A stretch of 64,000 nt of DNA from a virus (lineage: Duplodnaviria > Caudoviricetes): the IMG/VR virus record IMGVR_UViG_3300028615_000023, positions 554 through 64,553 of that record. One strand, 5' to 3'. A program made the translations under genes and the position numbers. Below the pieces are notes generated by a model. The model made no database searches and had not been told where the DNA came from. It was given only the letters and a program-made list of their open reading frames with translations. Shown piece by piece: positions 27,784 through 35,514 of the stretch. The stretch's first letter is position 1. Every line of letters begins with the position of its first letter.

Positions 27784-28107
27784 TCACAGACTAGTATACA
27801 GTCCAGTGAGTCTTGTGAAACTCTCCTGAAGTGTATCGCAGTACACTTCAGTTTCCCGTCCTACCATCTCTACGTATGGTGCTTTCTTAGTAATACGCCA
27901 CACGCTAACTGTGTATGTGTCGGAAGGTTCAAGATCAATCTGAACCTTGCTAACTTTCTTGCCGTTGCATCTAGCATTAGGAACATGAAACAGAACACCT
28001 TTTTCTGTTACGGTAACACCCCTTACGCCCGTCATAGCTGCGAACCTTCCGGCTCCAAGCTGTTTCATGATCGTTTCCGCGACTTCATAAGCTATGCTTG
28101 CCTTCAT
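27784..28107 (-). CDS. conserved hypothetical phage protein
   Basis: AETIMKQLGAGRFAAMTG...DTY.V...VYCD.L...F...TGLYTSL. Confidence 0.7.
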   Translation of the reverse strand: MKASIAYEVAETIMKQLGAGRFAAMTGVRGVTVTEKGVLFHVPNARCNGKKVSKVQIDLEPSDTYTVSVWRITKKAPYVEMVGRETEVYCDTLQESFTRLTGLYTSL

Positions 28108-28122
28108 AACGTACCTCCTCAA

Positions 28123-28338
28123 TTAGTAATTATAACGAATTGTGTCGATGTTTTGTACCCAATCATCCTGACAGATGTTAAGAAGCTTTTCCTTAACTTC
28201 CTTGACCTTCATATCTTTGTATTTAGTTAGCAACCCTTCAAGCACTCGGTACAAAGCTTGCCTAACTTTACAGTCATCTTCATAGACCATGCCGTTACCT
28301 ATTTCGATTGCCATATCCATTGCTCTATTCTTTTTCAT
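28123..28338 (-). CDS. hypothetical protein
   Basis: ORF behind a repeat copy and RBS. Confidence 0.55.
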   Translation of the reverse strand: MKKNRAMDMAIEIGNGMVYEDDCKVRQALYRVLEGLLTKYKDMKVKEVKEKLLNICQDDWVQNIDTIRYNY

Positions 28339-28376
28339 AGATTTTTCCTCCCGATAGGAAATAACAAACGAGAAAC

Positions 28377-28583
28377 TTAGTTTCGGTTCCGCTTCCTAAC
28401 TATTACCTTGCCAGTGTATACCGGCTTCACGCTAGGATTGAAATCAGCTACGCACCATTCCCGGCCTGACTCATAATCTCGTTCCCTAGCAACAGCACGA
28501 GCGCCAGACTGATTAGTAGCACCATTCAAACGGGCATTGTTTCTCCACGATTTCATAATCTGATCAACACGTCGCATGCTCAT
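28377..28583 (-). CDS. hypothetical protein
   Basis: AAGGAG RBS. Confidence 0.5.
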   Translation of the reverse strand: MSMRRVDQIMKSWRNNARLNGATNQSGARAVARERDYESGREWCVADFNPSVKPVYTGKVIVRKRNRN

Positions 28584-28641
28584 TCTCCTTATCAGTTAAC
28601 AAGGGGCCGCCACGGCGGCCCCGATAGGAAATAACAAACTC

Positions 28642-28758
28642 CTACTTAACTAGTTTCAACCGTCCCTTGCATCGGCATACGATACGAGACAGAAGCACGT
28701 TCTTAGGAATACGCTTCTGTTTATTACACCTCACACACTCAACGAGCTTGGTCTTCAT
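28642..28758 (-). CDS. 38-aa zinc-ribbon microprotein
   Basis: Own translation MKTKLVECVRCNKQ...IVCRCKGRLK; AGGAGG RBS. Confidence 0.55.
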   Translation of the reverse strand: MKTKLVECVRCNKQKRIPKNVLLSRIVCRCKGRLKLVK

Positions 28759-28781
28759 ATGTCTTCCTCCTTATCGGTTTG

Positions 28782-29099
28782 TTACCTTGTGTAGATACCG
28801 TGGCGTCTCCGATAATCGTAAAGCCGAAAAGTGTATTCAGCATCACACACACTCGAATGATTCTTAGTTCTGCATCTACAATTCCTAGGAAGCTCCGGAT
28901 CAGGTCTCTCCTTAGCAAGGTTATACCTTGCAGAATTCGTACTTGCCGGAAGCTTAGTATAGGTCCTGTTTCCGCATTCCCTATACCTATGGCTTCGACC
29001 ATTCTTCACTTCAAGCACGTGATCACACCTAAACTTGCGTCCCGCTTCAATCACTGTAGCATGATCACACTTATTACAAACTACGTTCAACAGTTTCAT
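28782..29099 (-). CDS. Cys-rich protein, first gene after the long leader
   Basis: Several CxxC/CxC motifs; start MKLL after GGAGG. Confidence 0.6.
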   Translation of the reverse strand: MKLLNVVCNKCDHATVIEAGRKFRCDHVLEVKNGRSHRYRECGNRTYTKLPASTNSARYNLAKERPDPELPRNCRCRTKNHSSVCDAEYTFRLYDYRRRHGIYTR

Positions 29100-29135
29100 A
29101 GTAACCTCCACTTTATTAGTTAACATTCCACACAC

Positions 29136-30010
29136 TGAGACTAACTAGGTTGTCTCAATTAGGAGCACTAGCGTCCGCCCATTAGGGTTTGCCTAACTAG
29201 TGCTCCACGTTCAAACAACCTTGCCGTTGTTATGATTTTTTACACTTCATAATCGCTCGACTATTTTCGCTGGTCTAAGATCGCTGCACCTAGTTAATAA
29301 TGCTGTCACCTATTACTAACTAGGCGTCGATGCGCCATGGTTACTTATGAACTCTCGAACTCATGCAAGAGTCTGAGTCTAACAACATGAGTTTTACTGA
29401 TTACTGTTTGCGCCGTTCGTCTGGATAGCTAAGTCCAACCAACGGCTAGTTAACTATTAGACTCCCTGGGGTCCGCGTGTTAACTTGCTTACGTCCATCG
29501 CCTAACAGCATCATTAGAGAGTAACTCACGTTCACCATGTTTTATCGTTTGAATATCCAGCCCATCTTAATTCTGCGTTCGCAGAACGCCCGATAGAATT
29601 TTTTGTTAACTAATAAATAGGCTATCAACTCTATGCTTATTAGTTAACGCGACTCCCTAGGTTCGCATGAAAAACGCTATCAAGGTTTGGCTAGTGGATT
29701 GATTATGAAGTAGCCCGTTTTGTTGATGGTGGCAAATCCATCGAAGCTCCGGACAGTCTTCTTAGTAGCGCGATTCGCACGGCTACAATTTGCGTCGGTC
29801 GGCTTTCCTTCCACGTACTAGCCTTTATACCTGCGCCTTTTTTCGTTCGAGGTGGCTCGGTTCCGTTTCCTCGCACTGGCCACAGACAGTTCGCTTTCCA
29901 TTGAAGATGGCCATCTTCAACCCGTCTCGCGCCAGTGATTCAATTTTGAAAGAGCAATCGGCTATGGGCTCCCTGGGTCCCTGTGCCGCGACAGTCAAAC
30001 TGTCAATGTT
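29136..30010 (-). ncRNA. candidate large structured non-coding RNA / 5' leader
   Basis: About 870 nt without a credible ORF between a promoter and the first gene; at least ten inverted repeats, one with a G-U pair favouring the minus strand. Confidence 0.55.
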
Positions 30011-30015
30011 CCTGT

Positions 30016-30044
30016 AGTATGCCAGTATCAGGACTATGTGTCAA
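30016..30044 (-). promoter_or_regulatory. sigma70-type early promoter
   Basis: TTGACA-17 nt-CATACT with extended TGn and an upstream T-rich tract. Confidence 0.75.
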
Positions 30045-30143
30045 CGGAGAAAAAGAAAAAATCGACCAATAGCCAACTTTATAAGTACTTGAATTTATTG
30101 ACTTTTTTCGGTTGACGTGAAAAAAACGACTGTTGAAAGCGTT

Positions 30144-30323
30144 TTGTATATGCAATTGCATATACAATCGAATACGAATCGAGATGGCTCTAGAGAGCAG
30201 GGACAGACATTTGTATGGTATGGAGATAGCAGTACATTGCATATGCAATGTATATGGAATGTACTTAATATGTAAGTGGAAGGTTTAAACAGACGTTTGT
30301 ATGGTTAGATGTTGCATATGCAA
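30144..30323. repeat. three related palindromes (TTGCATAT-type); candidate origin or operator array
   Basis: 30144-30167 TTGTATATGCAATTGCATATACAA; 30233-30252 TACATTGCATATGCAATGTA; 30312-30323 TTGCATATGCAA. Confidence 0.7.
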
Positions 30324-30329
30324 TGCATA

Positions 30330-31349
30330 TTACATGTAGTGTATATGTAGGTCAGACAATTTCCCGTTACGGATTGTAAAGTAATCGGCTGGATCGGTCT
30401 TAATAGGTAACTGTAAAACTCGAACACGTCTTACGGTCCATAGTTTTGATTTAATAATAGAGGCTAGCTTCTTTGCATCCTTAATAGCATCATAGTCTAG
30501 CAACACGTCAATGTATCTTACATTCTTCTCTGCAAGTTTAGCAATCTGTTCATCTGATATAGTCTTACCTAACAACGCTATACCATTAAGCTTAGAACAT
30601 AGAACATCGAAGACGCCTTCCATAATAACTAATGGTGTATCCTTTCGCTCACATATATTATCATAGTTGAATATTACGTTTCGCATATCTGTCCCACACT
30701 CTTCTTCAGTAGGATTTATATACTTATTATCTTCCTCACTAGCAAACAAAACTCTCCTGCCTTGCCAAGCAACACATTGACCATTCATGAATATCGGAAA
30801 GATAGCGCATCCTTCATACTTACCTTTAGTTGCAAAACCTATTCTATACTTTCTAATTTGTTTAGGATGCACAAGTCTAGTAAGTACTATATAACGTCTG
30901 ATAGCTATACCTATACGTGAATTGCTAAAATCAATACGATACCCCTCAATTCTATCTAATTGTTCCTCAAGATCCATAAATCTAGGAATGGACGGAGGAG
31001 TTTTGTTAATTCTAAGAAGCTTGTTCTTCATATCTGATAGTGAAGGAGCTACAGTATACTGATCAATCAACGTCTCATTAGTAAACTGTGGAACAAGGTC
31101 AGGTATTTCCAATTGAGTTAGTAACTTCTCTATGGGATTACGTTTCTCTTTCTTTGATCCAGCTATATTACATCTAAAACATTTCCAACTATCCTTAGAT
31201 GGCCGAAAGTACAGTGTCTCTCTTACTTTCTTATGTATGCGCGTACACTTCGGACAAACAAAGCTAACTTCTCCATTATGTTGTTCTGTAAACTTGATGC
31301 CACGGTGCCTAGCTACGTTCAGTAGATTATTAACTAAGTATGTATTCAC
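30330..31349 (-). CDS. DNA primase (zinc finger plus TOPRIM)
   Basis: CPKC...WKCFRC; IMEGVFD; LLGK; LLDYDA; TDPAD. Confidence 0.88.
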   Translation of the reverse strand: MNTYLVNNLLNVARHRGIKFTEQHNGEVSFVCPKCTRIHKKVRETLYFRPSKDSWKCFRCNIAGSKKEKRNPIEKLLTQLEIPDLVPQFTNETLIDQYTVAPSLSDMKNKLLRINKTPPSIPRFMDLEEQLDRIEGYRIDFSNSRIGIAIRRYIVLTRLVHPKQIRKYRIGFATKGKYEGCAIFPIFMNGQCVAWQGRRVLFASEEDNKYINPTEEECGTDMRNVIFNYDNICERKDTPLVIMEGVFDVLCSKLNGIALLGKTISDEQIAKLAEKNVRYIDVLLDYDAIKDAKKLASIIKSKLWTVRRVRVLQLPIKTDPADYFTIRNGKLSDLHIHYM

Positions 31350-32786
31350 CTAATCTCCTCCATAATGCGCATCAAGGTCGCTATCGGGCCGAACTATCCC
31401 CTTACGTTTACGTGTACCTCTAGGTGATCCATCTTTATTAACTCTAAATCCCGCGTTCCGCATTATCTCTACATACTTATTAACTTCTATCTCAACCATA
31501 CGAAGGTAGTCCCAATTAGTTCTACAGAACACCATAGTCCCACGCTTCTCACCCCTAGTCTTATCACAATATAGACGGCACACACCGGCTGTATATTCAT
31601 CTTCAGTCTGACAAACTACTATTGCATTATCTACAGTCGCGGCCTTAACAATTCTTGCATCATAAGAATCAGTCGCATGATACAGCCATTTATCTACAGT
31701 CTCTTGGCCACTTTGTGAAGCAGTAAATAAATGAATACCAAACTCACTTGCCATGGCTCGTTCGTCTTCATACATCTCTGATAGCTGCTGTTGACGGTTT
31801 GTTAACTGTCCTTCATACCTAACAAGGTCAGAGTAATCTAAGAATGCTGCATCTATATCTTCTTGACTTTTAGACATTGATATATGTGACCTAATAGTAT
31901 CATGCGTTATAGCTCTACCCGGAAAGAACTTAACCCATAGTTCACCGCCACTTCTTAACCTAAATAATCTAAGAGCTTCATCAACTTTCTTAATATTATC
32001 TATCATTCCAGCCGTCTTAACTCTTGCTAGATTTGCATAGAACCTCATCATTAACCGCCAGTCTTTAATCTCTAGTGTATAGTAAATAACTTTATGCCCG
32101 CGTAGTGCCGCGCCTAGAGCCATATTACCCATAGTTGCCGTCTTACCCCTATTAGGTGGAGCAACTACTAAACTCATCTCACCGGGATAGAAACCTCCTA
32201 CTGCGTGTTGAAGATGGGGAAAGTTAATATTCAACTGTTCCATCTCATCGGAGTACCTAAGAAGTACATTCTTAGGCGATTCTCTAAGTCTTAAACCCAT
32301 ATCTCCTGCACCGAAACCTTCACTATATGCATTGTCGATTGTTCTTTTCATACCTGAAAAGTCACCACGATCTAGCATATCAATACTTTTAGATAAGGCC
32401 ACTTTCATAGTTTGATATCTCGCGGCCTTTATTACTTGGTCCTTTATGAAATCGCCATCGGAAATATCAACCTTATATATTTGAGTTATTAATGTATCGT
32501 ATCCTTTGTAAAGATTATTATCTTCATCAATCTTATCTTTCAGTATCTTCCTCATACTAGACCGTTGAGGAAGCTTACCGTAGCTACTCCAGAATTCACG
32601 AAGCCATAAGCACACGTCTTTATGGTATTGAGAATCGAATAAGGAAGGTTTAATAATATCGCCGTACAAGCTCATAAAATAAGGTTCTCGTACAGCGATT
32701 GCTAATACACGAGTTTGGAAGCCGGTTTCGAAACGCTCAGATAATGAAACAGATTTAGGTGTCCTGAAAGTATTCTTAATTGTCAA
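31350..32786 (-). CDS. replicative DnaB-like helicase
   Basis: APPNRGKT, YYTLE, FLDYSDL, TASQ. Confidence 0.88.
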   Translation of the reverse strand: MTIKNTFRTPKSVSLSERFETGFQTRVLAIAVREPYFMSLYGDIIKPSLFDSQYHKDVCLWLREFWSSYGKLPQRSSMRKILKDKIDEDNNLYKGYDTLITQIYKVDISDGDFIKDQVIKAARYQTMKVALSKSIDMLDRGDFSGMKRTIDNAYSEGFGAGDMGLRLRESPKNVLLRYSDEMEQLNINFPHLQHAVGGFYPGEMSLVVAPPNRGKTATMGNMALGAALRGHKVIYYTLEIKDWRLMMRFYANLARVKTAGMIDNIKKVDEALRLFRLRSGGELWVKFFPGRAITHDTIRSHISMSKSQEDIDAAFLDYSDLVRYEGQLTNRQQQLSEMYEDERAMASEFGIHLFTASQSGQETVDKWLYHATDSYDARIVKAATVDNAIVVCQTEDEYTAGVCRLYCDKTRGEKRGTMVFCRTNWDYLRMVEIEVNKYVEIMRNAGFRVNKDGSPRGTRKRKGIVRPDSDLDAHYGGD

Positions 32787-33217
32787 ACCGGAATCCCCCT
32801 CTCTTTACAGTACTTAACAAAGTTATCTTCATATTCTCTAAGCCTCTTAGTTGATACTCTCGTACTAGGTTGAATAGTAGATAATGAAATAGGTTTATTA
32901 GACTTAAGTGCTCGCCTACATCTAGGCAATTGCAATACACTCCTTACCCACGGATCAAATGGATAGCCGCTGTATTTTATCCATATCGCTAGTTCAGCAA
33001 TGTAAAACCATGCTCTAGTATATTTCTTTTTACCATCTTCTACAGAGTAGATTCTATAAAACGGAACAAATAATGATGATTGAAACGTTGCTTTACTTCG
33101 CTCTTCAGCTACTATCCTTGCTAATGCCATTGCTACACATACTAAGTATTCATCTGTTATCTTATGCTTCTTAAGTTTCTTTTTAAGCCATTGCTTATAT
33201 TGCTTAACATCAGTCAC
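32783..33217 (-). CDS. basic hypothetical protein between the helicases
   Basis: GTG start after AGGAG; overlaps both neighbours. Confidence 0.55.
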   Translation of the reverse strand: MTDVKQYKQWLKKKLKKHKITDEYLVCVAMALARIVAEERSKATFQSSLFVPFYRIYSVEDGKKKYTRAWFYIAELAIWIKYSGYPFDPWVRSVLQLPRCRRALKSNKPISLSTIQPSTRVSTKRLREYEDNFVKYCKERGIPV

Positions 33218-34772
33218 TACTCTTCTCCTGATTAGCAAGAGCTTTGAAGTATTCTGAGGAAGGTAGTTTATTAACTTGCTCTACATCAGGAAACAGTTTT
33301 TCTATGTTGACAGAATCATTATTAACAACTTTTATATCGAATTCACTTTCCTCCTGATACTGAGAAAGTCTATCCATTGAGTGATTACGTAGGTGTTTAT
33401 TGTTCATCACCATAACATCTATGATAATAGCTCTGTTTGTTCCACTGCTTTTTCTACGTATTCCTCTACCTAATCTCTGCTCAATCTTAATACTGCTTTT
33501 TCCCCCAGCCGCGATCACTAGTTGTCTAATGTTAGGAATATCAACTCCTTCATCATAGATAGTCGTAGCTATAATCGCATCTATCTTTCCTTTATTAAGT
33601 CTCTTTCTAGTACGCTCTCTTACTGCACTATCAATTTTACCTGTAAGATTCTCTGCTTTGATTTTATTAGCTTTCAATAGCTTGTGTAAATCTTTACCTA
33701 AGTCTATGGAATTACCCACTACTATAAGCGTTGTTTCACCGGCTTCAGTGGCCGCTTTGGTAGCATCTAAAACTACTCTATGTACCTTTGGATTTTTTAT
33801 TAATAGTTGCTTTCTAGCTTCATGCCATTTTTCAGACTCCCATTTTCTATCCCCGCCAACCGGAGCACAAAATACGACTGGCCTAGCGAGTCTTCCTCTC
33901 TTAATAAGTTTAGACATACCACATTTTGCTACTATAGGACCCATACTTGATAACACTGAAACATCTCCAGCATTCATCTTAGTTATATTATTATTCCACT
34001 TTTGAAATGGCCTAGCTGATATACCTAATCGAGCCATAGGGTGCAGTGCGGCGATCATTCTTTTACTTTGTTCAGAACGTTGATGATGTACCTCATCATA
34101 CACGACCATATTAATTCCTAGATCACACAATTTTTTGAATAACTTAATATCCTTTCCTTGAGAAGCGTTACGTATTATCGTATCAACTGTCTGTATCGTA
34201 CCAACTAATATGCGTCTATTGCCATAATGAATACCTGATTGAACTCTTCCAACGTTAACACCTAATCGTAATTTTATTCTATTAGTAGCTTGTGTTAATA
34301 AGTCTTTTGTATTTACAAGAAACAATATCTTAGTATTTGAAGTATGCTTGAGCACTTGCTTCATTATGGCGCATGCTATCTCAGTCTTACCTGATCCAGT
34401 TGCATACCATATCAACCCCATTGATCCAGACTTGAACCATCTATTTATTGCATACAATTGGTCCTTCTCTAACGTAATACCTTTTAAGAAATCTTTTTCT
34501 ACTGTAGGAGGAGCAATCCTACGTACCTTAAACGATCTTTTATACGGTATCTTATTATCTTCGAAATGTTTCTTTACGTGCGGCCAAAGCCCACGAGAGA
34601 AAGCCTGATTCTTTTTATCAAAAAATCTTATCTTTCCGTCCCATTTCTTCTTCCTCATCCAAAAAGAATTAGGAACTTTAGAACTTAATAACCGTGATAG
34701 ATAGTTAGACATATCTCTACCACATACTACTTTTACGATAGTATTCTTCACTATAAAATGTGTTGTACTCAT
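33210..34772 (-). CDS. SF2 helicase, UvsW-like
   Basis: ATGSGKT, DEVH, SARP, EGVDIP, QRLGRGIR. Confidence 0.9.
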   Translation of the reverse strand: MSTTHFIVKNTIVKVVCGRDMSNYLSRLLSSKVPNSFWMRKKKWDGKIRFFDKKNQAFSRGLWPHVKKHFEDNKIPYKRSFKVRRIAPPTVEKDFLKGITLEKDQLYAINRWFKSGSMGLIWYATGSGKTEIACAIMKQVLKHTSNTKILFLVNTKDLLTQATNRIKLRLGVNVGRVQSGIHYGNRRILVGTIQTVDTIIRNASQGKDIKLFKKLCDLGINMVVYDEVHHQRSEQSKRMIAALHPMARLGISARPFQKWNNNITKMNAGDVSVLSSMGPIVAKCGMSKLIKRGRLARPVVFCAPVGGDRKWESEKWHEARKQLLIKNPKVHRVVLDATKAATEAGETTLIVVGNSIDLGKDLHKLLKANKIKAENLTGKIDSAVRERTRKRLNKGKIDAIIATTIYDEGVDIPNIRQLVIAAGGKSSIKIEQRLGRGIRRKSSGTNRAIIIDVMVMNNKHLRNHSMDRLSQYQEESEFDIKVVNNDSVNIEKLFPDVEQVNKLPSSEYFKALANQEKSSD

Positions 34773-34775
34773 AGT

Positions 34776-34804
34776 ATTCTATAATGCTTTTCGGTCTTGT
34801 ATAA
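34776..34804 (-). promoter_or_regulatory. phage-specific promoter motif, copy 4 (probably leaderless mRNA)
   Basis: TTATACAAGACCGAAAAGCATTATAGAAT, 3 nt before the helicase ATG; no SD. Confidence 0.6.
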
Positions 34805-34812
34805 ACTCGAAT

Positions 34813-34845
34813 AAAAAAGGCGCGAACTTATGCTCGCGCCTTCTT
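34813..34845 (-). terminator. terminator ending the structural operon
   Basis: GGCGCGA...TCGCGCC followed by TTTTTT. Confidence 0.8.
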
Positions 34846-34863
34846 ATCATACACGTTATTGTT

Positions 34864-35124
34864 TTAGTTTTCAGAAGGAGGTGCCGAAGGAGTAGGTACT
34901 ATAAAATCCGTATCCTTATTATCTTCCTTCTCTTGTGTTGATTTAATAAGTTGCTTCTTTAAATTAGCAGATACTTCTTTTTCCGCACCCAATTGAATAA
35001 CACAAGCACTATGCAAATTAGCCATATGATTATATGCATTTGTCAATGCAGATTTACTAATATTAACTTCCTGCGCTGCTACGGTCGTTGCAATCGACAT
35101 AATAATAAAAACTATTAAGGACAC
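34864..35124 (-). CDS. small protein with signal peptide/TM and coiled coil
   Basis: GTG start after GGAGGT; SLIVFIIMSIATTVAA-QE. Confidence 0.55.
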   Translation of the reverse strand: MSLIVFIIMSIATTVAAQEVNISKSALTNAYNHMANLHSACVIQLGAEKEVSANLKKQLIKSTQEKEDNKDTDFIVPTPSAPPSEN

Positions 35125-35504
35125 GCTGTACCTCCTTCTTGTCTTTGAGCCCAAGCTGAATACTTGGCTTTTACACCTTTAGATTCAAACACAGTACATT
35201 TAATATTATGCGGAACATCACTATCTTTTGCAAATGGGATCATCCATTCATCAATGTCTATCTCTTCTTCTTGAGCCTCAAATTGTTTCTTAGCTTCAAC
35301 CCAATCATCAAAAACACTAAGAAGTTTTGATGTTACAAAATCTCGTGTTTGTACAGAATCGCATGATGCTCCTGCTTCCTGTGTACATGCAAATATAGCT
35401 CCAGCATCTTGTTCTGCTGTAGTAGTAAAATGATTCCAGTCCGCAGCATTAATCGTAAAAGTTACAGCCACAAAACTAATAAAAATTAATATTAACTTTT
35501 TCAT
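35115..35504 (-). CDS. putative secreted protein
   Basis: MKKLILIFISFVAVTFTINA-AD signal peptide. Confidence 0.6.
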   Translation of the reverse strand: MKKLILIFISFVAVTFTINAADWNHFTTTAEQDAGAIFACTQEAGASCDSVQTRDFVTSKLLSVFDDWVEAKKQFEAQEEEIDIDEWMIPFAKDSDVPHNIKCTVFESKGVKAKYSAWAQRQEGGTACP

Positions 35505-35514
35505 AATAATCTCC

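Larger units (their letters stand above)
20915..28640 (-). repeat. dispersed oriented repeat family with core CTATCGGG (type A TTAACTGCTATCGGG, 7 copies; type B GTTTGTTATTTCCTATCGGG, 5 copies; plus degenerate copies)
   Basis: Plus-strand CCGATAG core at 20917, 22236, 23469, 25221, 25705, 26100, 27765 (type A); 27090, 27112, 27343, 28351, 28621 (type B); degenerate at 23979, 24339, 26467, 26617. Confidence 0.9.

Noticed and set aside
20915-28640. CRISPR array or classical integron attC reading of the dispersed repeats
   Set aside because: Copies are separated by whole genes at irregular distances, lack attC-like inverted-repeat structure, and no cas or integron integrase gene is visible in the window.
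29136-30010. tRNA genes (including tRNA-Sec) in the non-coding interval
   Set aside because: No cloverleaf with a proper T-arm and anticodon arm could be built by eye; a tRNAscan/Aragorn run is still advisable.
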